From the human T2T-CHM13v2.0 reference genome, Homo sapiens, in assembly GCF_009914755.1 (NCBI RefSeq), contig NC_060929.1: DNA of 64,000 nucleotides; one strand, 5' to 3'. Under the pieces are notes generated by a model. That model was not told the DNA's origin and searched no databases. It was given only the letters and a program-made list of their open reading frames with translations. This document shows, in pieces, positions 27,283 through 41,700 of this stretch; the stretch's first letter is position 1; each line of letters starts with the position of its first letter. Position numbers and translations under genes: made by a program.

Positions 27283-28071
27283 AAAGTTTATTGAAAGGGA
27301 TAATATCAGAGAACTTCTCAAACCTAGAGAAAGATATCAACATTCAAGTATAAGAAGGTTATAGAACACCAAGCAGATTTAACCCAAAGAAGACTACCTC
27401 AAGGCATCTAATAATCAAACTCCCAAAGGTCAAGGATAAAGAAAGTATCATAAAAGCAGCAAGAGAAAAGAAACAAATAACATACAATGGAGTTCCAATA
27501 TGTCTGGAAGCAGACTTCTCAGTGTAAACCTTACAGGCCAGGAGAGAGTGGCATGACATATTTAAAGTGCTGAAGGAAAAAAAAAAAAAACCCTTTTACA
27601 CTAGAATAGTATATCTGGTGAAAATATCCTTCAAACATGAAGGAGAAATAAAGACCTTCACAGACAAACAGAATCTGAGGGATTTCATCAACATCAGACC
27701 TGTCCTATAAGAAATGCTAAAGGATATTCTTTAATCTGAAAGAAAAGGATATTAATGAGCAACAAGTGCTCATCTGAAGATATAAAACTCACTTTCAATA
27801 GTAAGCACACAGGAAAAGACAGAATATTATAATACTGCAATTGTGGTATGTAAACTACTCTTATAAGTAGAAAGACTAAATGATGAACCAATAAAAAATA
27901 ATGACTACAACAACTTTTTAAGACATAAACAGTAAAATGAGACAGAGAAAGAACAAAAAGTTAAAAACTGGGGGGAAGATGTTAAAGTGTGGAATTTTTA
28001 TTAGTTTTCTTTTCGTGTTTTTTTGTTTGTTTATGCAATCAGTGTTGTTATCAGTTAAAAATAATGGGTTA

Positions 28072-28142
28072 TGTATACATATGTAACAAACCTGCACATT
28101 GTGCACATGTACCCTAAAACTTAAAGTATAATAAAACAAAAC
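28072..28142 (+). mobile_element. ~70-bp 3' tip of a younger L1PA inserted in the L1MA
   Basis: tgtatacatatgtaacaaacctgcacattgtgcacatgtaccctaaaacttaaagtataataa; TSD aaaa(a/g)taatgggtt. Confidence 0.88.
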
Positions 28143-28335
28143 AAAAGTAATGGGTTGTATTACTTGCAAGCCTTGCGGTAACATCAAATCAAAAAACATA
28201 CACTGAATACACAAAAAATAAAAAGCAAGAAATTAAACCACACCACCAGAGAAAATTACCTTCACCAAAAGGAAGACAGAAAGGAAGAAAAATAGGAAGA
28301 GAAGGCCACAAAATAATCAGAAAACAAATAACAAA

Positions 28336-31300
28336 ATGGCAAGAGTAAGTCCTTACTTACCAATAACAACATTAAATGTAAATGAACTAAACTCTATAAT
28401 GAAAAGACAGAGTGCCTAAATGGATAAAAAAGCAAGACCAAATGACCAAATGACCTGTTGCCTACAAGAAACACGCTTTACCTATAAAGATACACACAGA
28501 CTGAATAAAGGGATGAAAAAAGATATTCCATGCCAATGGAAGCCAAATAGTAGCTCTACTTGTATCAGACAAAATAGATTTCAAGAAAAAACTATAAAAA
28601 GAGACAAATAAGCTCATTATATAATGATAAAGGGGTCAATTCAGCAAGAGGATATAACAATTGTAATTATGCACCCAACAATGAAGCACCCAGATATATA
28701 AATATTATTAGAGCTAAAGAGAGAGAGAGATCTCAATGCCATAATTGCTTGAGACTTTAACACCCCATTTTCAGTGTTGGACAGATCTTCCAGATAGAAA
28801 ATCAGCAAAGAAACATTGGACTTAATCTGCATAATAGAACAAATGGACCTAACAGATATTTACAGAACATTTCTTCAAGGTCTGTAGGATACACATTCTT
28901 CTCCTCAGCACACAGATCATTCTCAAGGATAGAATATATTTTAGGTCACAAAGCAAAAGTATTAAAACATTCAAAAAACTGAAATAATATCAAGCATCTT
29001 CTTTGACCACAAAGGAATACAACTGGAAATCAATAACAAGAGGAATTTTGAAAATCGTACAAACACATGGAAATTAAACAATATGCTCCTAAATAACCAG
29101 TGGGTCAATGAAGAAAATAAGAAAGAAATGGATAAATTTCTCAAAACAAATGATAATGGACATGAAACATTCCAAAATCTATGGGATACAGTGAAAGCAG
29201 TACTGAGGGAAGTTTATACCTACCAATGCTTACATCAAAAAGTAGAAAAACAAATAAACAACCTAATGGTGCATCTAAAGAACTAGAAAAGTAAGAGCAA
29301 ATCAAACCCAAAATTAGTAGGAAAAAATAATTATAAAGATCAGAGCAGAAATAAATAAAATTGAAATAAACGAAACAATACAAAGGATCAATAAAGCAGA
29401 AAGTTGGGTTTTTGAAAAGATAAATAAAATTGACAAACCTTTAGCCAGACTAAGAATAAAAAAAGAGAAGACTCAAAGAAATGATATCAGAGGTGAAAAA
29501 GGAAACATTACAACTGATACTGCAGAAATTCAAAGGGTCATTAGGTGGCTACTATGAGCAACTATGCCAATAACTTGGAAAACCTAGAGGAAATGGATAA
29601 ATTCCTAGACACATACAACTTACCAAGATTGAACCATGAAGCAATCCAGAACCTGAACAGACCAATAAAAAATCATGAGCGTGAAGCCATAATGAAAGTC
29701 TTCCAGTAAAGAAATGCTGGGACCCAATGGCTTCACTGCTGAATTCTACCAAACATTTAAAGAACTAATGCCAATCCTACCCAAAGTGTTCAAAAAAATA
29801 GAGGAGGATAGAACACTTCCATACTCATTCTATGAGGCCAGTATTATCCCGATACCAAAACCAGAAAAAGACACATCAAAAAAACCTACAGGCCAATATC
29901 CCTGATGAACACTGATGCAAAAATCCTCAACAAAATACTAGCAAATTGAATTCAACAACACATGATAAACTTCATTCATCATGACAAAGTGGGATTTATC
30001 CTGTGGAAGCAAGGATGGTTCAACATATACAAATCAATCAATGTGATACTCATATCAACTGAATGAAGCACAAAAACCATATGATCACTTCAATTGATGC
30101 CAAAAGGTATTTGGTAAAATTCAATATCCCTTCATGATAAAAATCCTCAAAAAACTGAGTATAGAAGGGATATACCTAAACATAATAAAAGCTAAATGTG
30201 GCAGACCCACAGCTAGTATCATACTAAATGGGGAAAAATTGAAAGTCTTTTCTCAAAAATCTGGAACATGACAAGGATGCCCAGTTTCACCACTGTTATT
30301 CAGCATAGTACTGGAAGTCCTAGCTACAGCAATCAGACAAGAGAAAGATATAAAGGGCATCCAAACTGGAAAAGAAGTCAAATTATCCTAGTTTACATAG
30401 GATATTATCTTATATTTGGAAAAAACTAAAGACTCCACCAAAAAGTTATTAGAACTGATAGACAAATTCAGTAAAGTTGCAGGATACAAAATCAACTTAC
30501 AAAAATCAGTAGCATTTCTATATGCCAATAGTGAACAATCTGAATAAAAATTTAAAAAGTAATCCCAAGTATAATAGTTACAAATAAAATTAAATATCTA
30601 GAAAGAAATTTAACTGAAGAAGTAAAAGATATCTATAATGAAAACTATAAAACACTGATGAAAGAAATTGAAGAGAACTCCCCCAAAATGGAAAGATAAT
30701 CCATGTTCATGGACTGGAAGAACCAATATTGTTAAACTGTCCATACTACCCAAAGCAATCTACAGATTCAATGCAATCCCTTTCAAAATACTAATGACAT
30801 TCCTCACAGAAATAGAAAAAACAATCCTAAAACATACGTGAAACCACAAAAGACCCAGAACAGCCAAAGCTATCCTGAGGAGCAAAGAGAACAAAACTGG
30901 AGGAATCACAATACCTGACTTCCAATTACACTACAGAGCTAAGTAGCCAAATGGCATGCTACTGACATAAAAATAGACATATAGGCCAGTGGAACAGAAT
31001 AGAGAACGCAGAAACAAGTCCACACACTTACAGTGAATTCATTTTTGACAAAGGTGTCAAGAACATACATTAAGGAAGAGAGTCTCTTCAATAAATTGTG
31101 TTGGGAAAACTGGTATCTTATTCAGAAGAATAAAACTAGACCCCTATCTCTCACCATATACAAAAATCAAAATAGATTAAAGAGTTAAATCTAAGATTTC
31201 AAACTATGAAACTATAACAAGAAAACTTTGAGGAAACTCTCCAGAACATTGGTCTGGGCAAAAATTTCTTGAGTAATACCCCACAAGCACAGGCAACAAA

Positions 31301-32116
31301 AGCAAAACTGGACAAATGAGGTTACATCAAGTTAAAGAGCTTCTGCACAGCAAAGAAACAATCAACAAAGTGAAGAGACAACCCACAGAATGGAGAAAAT
31401 ATTTGCAAACTACCCATTTGACAAGAGAATAGTAACCAGAATCTATAAGGACCTCAAACAAATCTAAAGGGAAAAAAATCCAATAATCTGATTTTAAAAA
31501 TGGGCAAAAAATATGAATAGAGATTTCTTAAAAGAAGACATAAATAGCTAACAGGCCTATGAAAAGGTGCTCAACATCATTGATTATCAGAGCAATGCAA
31601 ATCAAAACTACAATGAGATATCATCTCATCCCAGTTAAAGTGGATTTTATCCAAAAGACAGGCAATAATAAACACTAGTGGGGATATAGAGAAAAGGGAA
31701 CCCTCATACACTGTTGGTGGGAATGTAAATTTGTACAACCACTATGGAGAACCATTTGGAGGTTTTTCAAAAACCTAAAAATAGAACAATCATAGGATCC
31801 TGCAGTCCCACTGCTGGATATATACCCAAAAGAAAGGAAATCAGTATATTGAAAGGATATCTACACTCCCATGTTCACTGCAGCACTATTCACAATAACC
31901 AAGGTTTACAAGCAACTTATGTGTTTATCAATAGATGAATGGATGAAGAGAACATGGTACATAAATACAATGTACATTTTTTATTCAGCCATAAAAAAGA
32001 ATGAGATCCTGTTATTTGCAACAACATGGATGGAACTGGAAGTCATTATGTTAAATGAAATAAGCCAGGCACAGAAAGACAAATTTCACATGTTCTCACT
32101 TATTTGTAGGAGCTAA
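28336..32116 (+). pseudogene. L1 ORF2 (endonuclease/reverse transcriptase) remnant with many stops and frameshifts
   Basis: Fragments [51 protein letters not shown]. Confidence 0.85.
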
Positions 32117-34644
32117 AAATTAAAACAATTGGAACTCATGGAGATAGAGAATAAGGATGGTTACCAGAAGCTGGAAAGGGTAGTGGGGGAAGTAGAGGGG
32201 AAGTGGGGATGGTTAATGTGTACAAAAAAATAGTTAGAAAGAATGAATAAGACCTACTGTTTGCTAGCAGAACAGGGGGACTGTACTCAATAATTTAATT
32301 GTGCATTTAAAAATGATGAAAAGAGTATAACTGGATTGTTTGCAACACAAAGGATAAATGCTTGAGGGGATGGATACCCCTTTTACCATGATGTGATTAT
32401 TATGTACTGCATGCCTGTATCAAAGTATCTCATGTACCCCATAAATATATATACCTAAATGTACCCACAAAATTTTTTAAAAATACAACTGTTCTGGGGT
32501 AAGACAGTCAAAGGAAGCTTCATTTGAAATTTATTATGCCATGTTAACAGACCTAAACCCAGTTTCTGGCAGAATCACTTAATTAGGTTAGCCAAGCTCT
32601 ATATTAATCAGCAAGATTTAAAGACCTTCATATTATTACCATAACAATTTTTGCTGAAGTGATGCTGAAAATCTCAGATCTTCTGCTATGGAGCCAAAAT
32701 CAGTCATAATAGCTTCCACATAAATGGACCATATAAAGGGAAGTGGACTTTTAAAAAAACTATAGTAGACTGTTCCCATTACTCTCTTTTAATCTGTCTT
32801 CATGTTAAATTTTTTCTCAATAAAAACCAACATTCATGAGACAAAAACTAGTCATTTAATTGTGATGATGTCACTGAAAAACTTTGAAAATGCAGGTCTG
32901 GTAACCATCTTCCTTTTGCCCTTTGAAGCATGATGGTACCTGATGGCTCATATGCAGCCTCTTGACAGCCTGTGTTCACCTCCTTGTGAACCTCAAATTG
33001 GTTCCTGTGCTCCAGGCAAAAATAAATAAATAAATAAAAGGCTTACTATCTTCCCATATTTTTTCCTCTTCCCTCTCTTTCTCCTGTCTTCCCATCCTTT
33101 CTGCTTGCCTGCCCTCCAACAGATTTTGAGAACTCACTAAGTAATAGATTCTACAAGAAATACTAGAAATATTAATTCAAAGCTAAGACAAAAATCTTTG
33201 CTGTAAAGAGCTCACCATCTGGTGGAAGGGTAGAAAGTTCTATGACTTTTCTGAAGCATTCAAATTATTTCCTTTTTTTTCCCCCTGCATCAGCACGGGG
33301 GGCAGTGGGAGAAAGGGTTCCCCCTTTGAGAGAATGCACTCTCTCAAATTTCACTTTTATCAGATCTATAGTAAGAGATGAGGAAGGGGCTCCTTTTTCT
33401 TCTCAACATTTGAATCGGTATTTGTGTTAACATGAATGTTCTTTCCTTAATGTTCAAGTGATTCTTCGTCAGAAGAAACTTTGTAAATACATCATCAGGT
33501 TACAACCCTCAACTCCTGCTTAATATTGAGTACTGTAAGTGAAAGAAAAATTAAGAATGTAATTTTAATATGATTTGGGTTTTGTCTGACATCTGCACGT
33601 TAGGTCAATGGTCTCATGAGCCCTCTTGTAACATGGCTTTTCATATGCCTGTTCCCCACAGGGTTATGGCTCTGCTTTCTTCTCCTTGACATGGACACCA
33701 CTGTGTCAATGTCTCCTGGCTCACGAGGTTCCAGCCAGGCTGACCTTCTGTATCTTCTGACATGATGGGTGCTTTCAAGGCAGAGGCCTTTCACGTGCTG
33801 TTTTTGTGCTGGAAATGCTGCTCCTCACATTCTTTGCTGGGCTCAGGTCTCAGACTTACTGAGTTCTCGAACAAATGACAAGGCCATTGTTAGGAGCACT
33901 CCTAGCACTCTCTCCACTCTCAGGCCAGACACAGGAGGGTCTGGGGGTTCATGAGCACTAGCTTTGGCTTTGGGCTTTCTGCATTTGAGTCCCAGCCATG
34001 TCCTTAGCAACAGTCATGAGAAGGTAATGAGAAGGATGACAGTGTTTATCACTGTCATTTTATGTCATTTTATTTGTTTATGAAAAAAATAAAGATTATA
34101 CATTTAAACCTCTCTCTTTATGGTCTCTCAATACTACTTAAATGTCAGTTCCCTTTTTGTTAGCAGGCTTACACACATAAATTGCCTACTAATAAGCAAA
34201 CATAAGTGGTCCCACAGATATACGTAAACATTTAAACCAATATAGAATTGATAACCTGTGAAAGCCTCCTTAAATATTCAATCTGGTCTAGAGGGTCACC
34301 CGTAGGATTCTAAACATTGATCAGTCTACACATGGTTAGGCTCCCTATACCAGTCTATACTGGTCAGTTAGCAAAGTGCATGAGGCACTTTAGACATGTT
34401 GTGATATTTTTATTTTTAGCTGACCGTATGAAGATAGATACCTATCAACTGACATAGCCACATGCACAGGACTGTTTTCTACAATAGCTAGAGTGGACAA
34501 TGGAGAATTCTTTAATCATTTTTCTTTTCAGGAATGGTATGAAGACAACTGACAAAGGTCACTTCTAGGAACTAATTTCTTCAAAAGCTTACCACTGTTC
34601 CATTGTCCACTGAGAGTCAATATCAGCAATTTGCCAATATAATT

Positions 34645-35005
34645 CTATTGATTAGGACAAGCTAGATTATGCTGCAGTAATGAAAAGACCCCTTCCCTCC
34701 CCACCAAATCTCAGTGGCTTAAACATAAAAGACTTATTTCTCTGCACACTGCCATCCAAGGGTCAGCAAGGCCTCTGCTCATTGTAATCACTCAGCACTA
34801 TCTGTCACTGTCTAGCAGACAGAGAGTATTCTAGAGGGTCTGACACTGGCAATTGAATGCTCTGTTGCACAAGTGACTCACATGGCTCATAACCCACTGG
34901 CCAGATATAGTCATATAGCCCAACCCTACCCTGAAGGGATCGCAGTCATGTAATCTTACTAAGTGTCCAGAAGGGGCAAAACTGGAAACATCTGGTGAAT
35001 TACAA
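34645..35005 (-). mobile_element. Old MLT1 (K/L-like) LTR
   Basis: gctagattatgctgcagtaa..tctcagtggcttaaaca. Confidence 0.55.
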
Positions 35006-35062
35006 GAACAGAGTTTAATATTGATTGGATTTTTATATTATCTCAAATATGATAACATCTGA

Positions 35063-35378
<316 letters not shown>

Positions 35379-35426
35379 CCTTTTTCTTTTAGACTTTTTA
35401 TTGTACTATGATCAACCATATACCCT

Positions 35427-35427
<1 letters not shown>

Positions 35428-35473
<46 letters not shown>
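35428..35473. repeat. (TAT)n microsatellite
   Basis: Seen directly. Confidence 0.95.
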
Positions 35474-36160
35474 GTTATTCAACATCCAGAATTAATGGCC
35501 TTATTAAGACCTTATTCTTGGCCTGTTAATGCAAGAATGTGGCAATAGCACTTTGTTCTTACGTAGAAAAATATTTAGAAAAAAAGATAGTCTTTTTTTC
35601 TGTCTCAATATTCTTATTAAGAAATCTCTGTACATGTATATATGTATGTATACACATATATATGATATAGATATGTGTATGCAGATGCATATATTCCAGC
35701 TTTTATATTAATGACTGAAGAAGGAAATACTATGTTAAAAAATAGTGGCATAAGAAAAAAATCCTAATTCGCATTTTGCCTGTATTTTGACAATCAAAAA
35801 AGAACTATAAAAATAAATGCTGACCAACCTCACCTTAGTTAAAGCATCCAGAGAAAGATCAGGTGGGTTGGTCAAAGGAAGTGCAAGACATGCCAACCTC
35901 AAAGGGCACCAACAAGGACCTTTTACCAAAGCTAGAGGATACTCTTGGGTTTGGGAATTTGCCTTCTTTCAACATTATTTCTATTACCTTTTAAAACTGT
36001 AATTTCATCTCACCCCTATTGTGCATTTCATAGGTCATCTCCTAAAGAGCTAAAACAAAGAGTCAAACAGAGTACTAATAGGTAGGCAGGGCTCACTCAT
36101 ACCAGCACTCTCTTCTTATGCTGGTTTTGCTTAAAGGCTCCTCAATGAAGAGATAACCAC

Positions 36161-36551
36161 TATATTAGTCTGCTTGGGCTGTCATAACAAAATACCAAAA
36201 CTTATGTGGCTGATGCAACAGAAACATATTTTCTTACAGTTCTGGAGGCTAGAAGTCCAAAATGGGGTGCCAGCATGGTAGGGTTCTGGTGGGGTTCTGG
36301 CGAGGGCTGTATTCCTGGCTTGTAAGCAGCTACCTCTTGCTGTGTCCTCACATGGTAAGAAGAGAGGGCAAGGTCAAGCTCTGCAGTGTCTCTACTTATA
36401 AGGGCCCTAATCCCATCATAAGGCTCCACCCCACGATCTCATCTAACTTTAATTACCTTCCAAAGGCCCCATCTCCAAATGCCATCACACTGGGGGTTAG
36501 GGTTTCCACATACAAATTTGGGCACCGGGACACAAGCATTCAGTTCATAAC
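36161..36551 (-). mobile_element. MLT1A0-like MaLR solo LTR
   Basis: tattagtctgcttgggctgtcataacaaaatacc..ccaaaggccccatctccaaat..cattcagttcataaca. Confidence 0.85.
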
Positions 36552-36736
36552 AGCCACTAAGCAGTTTCTCTCCAGGCCAGTAAGGAAGCTGCATGGCATC
36601 TGGCATCCCTGTAAGTAGACATCCAAAGCACTCCCTGTGCCCAGAGGTGGTCTCTGCACAAACAGAAGCAAAGGAGGCCATCATATCTGCCACTACAACA
36701 ACTATTGGGTCCTTTGAAGTGACAGGCAAGGTGTAT

Positions 36737-36980
36737 TTTTTTTTTTTTTTTTAGAGACAGGGTCTTGTTCTGTCACCCAGGCTAGAATGCGGTGGTACAA
36801 TCATAGCTCACTGTAGCATCCAACTCCTGAGCTCGAGTCCAGGAGTGATCCTCCTGCCTCAGCCTCTCGAGTAGCCTGGCTAAGTTTTTTATAGAGACTG
36901 GGTCTCACTATGTTGTCCCAGTTGGTCTTGAACTCCTGGCTTCAGGTGATCCTCGTGCCTCGACCTCCCAAAGTGCTAGG
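36737..36980 (-). mobile_element. AluJ, partially deleted, followed by AT-rich low complexity
   Basis: gagacagggtcttgttctgtcacccaggct..ctcccaaagtgctagg. Confidence 0.85.
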
Positions 36981-37671
36981 AGATATATATAGCATTTATA
37001 TATGCATTTATATATAATATGCCAGCAAAATATATATTCTAATAGATAATATTATATATTTTATATAAATGTATATATCAAGTTTTAAAATATATATATA
37101 TATAATTTTTAACTGGAATATTTAGTGTTTGAAGGTAGCAGACCACAAATTCTAAATGTTTCTTTCACTTATCTAAATAGCACAGGAAACAAGTGGCAAT
37201 TTGACATATTTGTAAAACATACCACTGGGAAAATCCTGCTCTCAGAGAGAATGCTAGAACAGAAAAACCTGCCGGACACTGAGACATTTGCCCTGCTGGG
37301 TACTTGGCAGCTACAAGTTAGTACTTTAATCCCATCTTCAAAGTGCCACCCAGGTTTGGCTTCAAGGCCTACAATTACAGAGCTTATTTACCAAAGGCAC
37401 TATGCAACCTTCCCAGCAGGCCAAGACTCCTGTGAGAATGAGACAAGCCAAAGCATCTGGAACACCTAAAATTTACCTTAAGGTTGGTAACAATTCTGAC
37501 AGCTAACAGCTATTCAAAGTCCACCACACTAAGGACCAGATACTGTACTAAGCATTTCACATATATTATCTTTGGTCCTACCAATAGCCTATGAATTGCC
37601 ACAACATTTTTCCCATTTTTAGAAGAGGACATTTTCTCTCTTTCAGCTTAATTTCATAGACATTGCTCATT

Positions 37672-37912
37672 TGCATAGAATAGTGGTTAAGAACTGGGGT
37701 TTTGTAGTCATGCTGCTTAGTATCAGGTTTAAAGACACCATAACCAGCTATGTGACATCAAGCAAGTTATTTAGCCTCAGTTTCTTAATGTTTAAAATAG
37801 GGATAATAATGTGTACTTTCATGAGGGTGTTGTGAGAATTAAAGTTAAAATATGTACAGCATTTAAGACAATCCCTGGCATATGGTAAACTGATCAACAA
37901 ATGTTAGCCATT
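37672..37912 (+). mobile_element. MIR
   Basis: tagtggttaagaac..gcctcagtttc..taaaatagggataata..gttgtgagaattaaa. Confidence 0.7.
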
Positions 37913-38084
37913 ATCTGATCACACTTCATAATTACTTATTTGGAATCCATTTTAGATAATAGAAAGCAAATATATAGGGAAAATGTACACTCTCAGCTTC
38001 TGAAAGGTAACAATTATGATTACCAATTTAAAAATACAAAACAATTGACACCCAACCAGTGCCTAAAATTTTAAACAATAGTTT

Positions 38085-38795
38085 TGTTACAGTAGGTAGT
38101 CAGGCATGAGCAGGGCAGAAGAGGGCCCCCCACCTACCAGGAATGTCCGGTGACCATCAGGTGATGGTCAGGCAGTTGTTAAAACTGTCTCTTTAAAATA
38201 ATAATTGGTCACAGCAAGTACCAGGGAAAGGCAGTCTCCCAACAGACAGAAAAAACCTGAAACTGCAGATCAGCAGCTTCCCGATAAGATCTCAGGAGTT
38301 GGGGCAAGTGGGCTCAACCATGTGCACTAAGGCAAAATGGTAGAGCTTAACTCATATATGACCTTCTAGGAACACTACTGGTAACGGAAGAACGCCTGAA
38401 GTGAGCATGTGTACAACGTCAGTAAATACACTATGCTTGCAGCCCCTCCCAAGTGCTAGCAGGCCACTGAGCATGTGGATAGCCCAACCAAAGGGAAGAC
38501 TCAGGGGAGAAGTAATGCAACCACAGAAGCATGCCATTGTTTAAGACCCAAAGTCAGAGGTCAAACTGCACACTTGAATCTCTCAAGTTGCCCACTGGCC
38601 TTCTTCCAAGTGCACTTTACTTCCTTTTGTTCCTGCCCTAAAAATTTTTAAAAACTTTCTAAAAAACTTTCATTCCTGCTCTAAAACTTGCCTCCATTTC
38701 TCACTCTGCCTTATGCCCTTTGGTCAAATTCTTTCTTCTTAGGAGGCAAGAACTGACATTGCTGCAGACCCATATAGATTCACCCACTGCTAACA
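38085..38795 (+). mobile_element. MER50 ERV1 solo LTR
   Basis: tgttacagtaggtag..gaccatcaggtgatggtcaggcagttgtt..cactgctaaca; TG..CA ends; TSD gttt. Confidence 0.85.
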
Positions 38796-41700
38796 GTTTT
38801 ATTCCAGCATTATTGTAAAGAAAATGAAAATAGCCAATCATGTCAGAGCCAAAGTTACATTTCTCTGAGTATGGAATATTCCATTAGTAAGTCAGTCTTT
38901 GGTTACTGGGTTTGACAGACTTAACTTCCCTATTCTACTTGGCCAGCTCTAATCTTGAGAGGACATTGGCCCTCCCAAAACTTGTGGCCAGCACCATGAG
39001 GAAATCTGCACTTCCTGGCAGCAGTAATGACTTAAAAGCAGAGTAGGCATGATTTATTAATTAGATCTGTGCTCTGGCCACCCCTCTGTTTTCTACCTTT
39101 AGCTTCTTTTCCATCCTTCATTTGAGCACTGGGCTCTTTCATCACAACAAAGGCAGATGAAAATGCAGAGTGTTTAGGGGATCCTGAGACCTGTATTAAC
39201 AGTATCTTATGATATTGTCTATGTTTAGTGGCCCTGTATCTTTCAGTTATGTGGGTTCTTTAGAGTACATTGCCTAATTTATTACCCTCCATGTCAAGAA
39301 GGAAAATAATCCTTTCAATATACCAGAAGCAGCTACCTTTATGAATTTAAAGCTACCACATTGCCACAAGAAGCATGGGATAATTTTAACAAATTGGCTG
39401 CCAGGTGTCAGCTGTCCCTGTCACAGCATATTTACTATTTCTAGATAATACTGACATCAACAGAAGCAGCAGTAAATCGCTTAGTCCACAACAGAATCAC
39501 CATGAGTCTTTAGTCATTTATTAATGTCAATGCTTGGTATGAAATTCAGGAACCTGATCCCCATGAGGGCCCCTAGCATCGTCCACTACAAATTACATTA
39601 CTAACACAGGCCAATTGTCTTAAAATCTGTGCCTGTGGTCACAAGGAGAACTGGGTGGGAATGTACAGATAAATAGAGTCTATCTATCCTTCTCCTAAGG
39701 AAAAATAAAGAGCAATTCAAAGGACATGTCTACTAAGGGGCGGTAAATAATATTATCTCTCAGGTAGTTCCTTTGCCCTTTGTCTGTCTTCAGGAAGTGA
39801 GCTTATTAGTGTCTTATTTAGAACATATATATGTTACACATATCCTATCTAGGGCCAATGCACGGAATTTCAATGTAACATTGGGAATACAGTGGAAGAT
39901 ATATTTTGAAATGCAACTCCCTCTCCCCTTCCCCCACCCCAAGACTGTTGACAGGTGCTAAGAAAGAAAGAAATGAGGAAATTTTTCTTACCGAAGCATG
40001 CTTATCAACACCATCACCATTAGTGGATATTTCTAATGTCCCACTGTGCCCAAGTGAGTTCAGCAATCCTTGATGTCTTTAAGCACAGGCCTGAGAACAC
40101 TTAATGGGAGATATTTTAGAGACAACTAACCCAAGGAGCAGCTGCAATAAACAGACTTTAAAATTCTCCTCCAGCTCTAGCTTCTGTTGTTCTGTTCTTC
40201 ATCAAGTTTAATATAAAAGGCAAAGTGTCTGCCCTTGGGCAGTTAATAATCTGGTTAAGAAAGCACAGCTGAGGCAAGCCTCTTTAACCTTTTAAAAAAA
40301 ACAATTAAAAATAATATTTGGCAGCTCATTATCTTGGTTTGTCTAAACTATGTATATTGAAGGAGATAAGCAAGAAGGTTGATTCAGGGCTGAAGAATTC
40401 AAAGGAGAGTTTGGGGAAGGAGCATTAAAATGAAGAGGTATTAAAGCAAATAAATTGACTTTCACTTCATAGAAGATAAATAGAATGTTTGGTCCTTTAG
40501 GCCCCTGAAGCGGGCTGGGGAGTAGGGGTAACATCCATGGTCCATATGAGTTTAAGATTTTTTTCTTTAAGATTTGTCTCTCTTGGTTAGAAGGCAGAGA
40601 TTGCATTTTGGATCAATTTATCTTTCTCTTACAAGGCATATTAATGGAAGCCATGTATTCAGTAAGCCCTTGCTAGTCACTAATTTTTAAGTGTCATAAA
40701 TGGGAGACTGTGAATGGGGATGATGCTAATCTGAGCCTGCTCCCTGCCATGAAAAGCATCACATACAACCTCTCGTATGGCATGCCAATGACATTGTCAT
40801 ACCTCTTGGCTGAAAATCAGCCTAATCAAAATGGAAAATGCCAGGGGAAAAAATACACCAAGGGGAATAAAAAAAAAATGATTTCGATTCCAGCTTCTTC
40901 ACAAAAAACAAAATATTATCCTTTATTCATGAAAAGTTGACATTTTTCACTTAAGTTTTCTTAATGTGGTGGATTACATTGATTTTCTAATGTTAAACCA
41001 AGTTTGCATTCCAGAGACAAACTCTATATACTCTAAATCTTGTTTATATATTACTGATTTTGGTTTGCTAGTATTTTGTTTAGGATTTTTGCATCTCTTT
41101 TCCAAAGTAAAATTAGCCCATAATTTTTATTCCTAACATTGTCCTTGTTATGTTTCCATCTTAGGTTATGTGTGAGTCTGTCTGTTTTTGAATGTTAGGT
41201 AGACGTCACCAGTGAAGCTGTCTGGGCCTGGAATTTTCTTTGTGGAAAGATTTTTTAAATTACTGCTTTAATTTCACTCATAGTTATGGAACCATTCAGA
41301 CTTTATACTCCTTAATGAATCAGTTTTAGTAAATTATGTTTTTCTGGAAATTCATCTATTTTATCTAAAATTTTGCAAATATTGACAGAAATCTGTTCAT
41401 AATCTTTTCTTTTCAAACGTGTCTGCAGCATCTATAGCAGTCTCCTTTTTACTCCTGATATTAGTTATAATAAACCCTGACTTGGCCACCTTGCCTGCCA
41501 ATGTCATTGTAGAGTTGGCTGGATGACCCAATCTTGACTCAGTTGCTACCTGTGCAAAGCAGAGGCCCCTGGATGTCCTACTCCTGCTATGTATGTATCA
41601 TACTTACACAGGACATGCCCTTAGCTAGCCCAGTATGTATGGACTCAACAAGCCTAGATACTGCCAGATAATTAACAATGTCTAGGGGCTTTGCATTTCT

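Larger units (their letters stand above)
24496..32479 (+). mobile_element. Full-length decayed LINE-1 (L1MA1-3-like)
   Basis: 5' gaggtggagcaagatggctgaatagaagcc; ORF1 remnant from ~26450; ORF2 remnant from 28336; L1MA-type 3'UTR; TSD aaaata(t/c)aac(a/t)gttct at 24480-24495 and 32480-32495. Confidence 0.92.

Noticed and set aside
26500-32116. L1 ORF1/ORF2-like ORF fragments as active genes
   Set aside because: Broken by stops, frameshifts and nested insertions; the element is dead.
32178-32212. G-quadruplex-like G tracts
   Set aside because: Ordinary feature of the L1 3'UTR.
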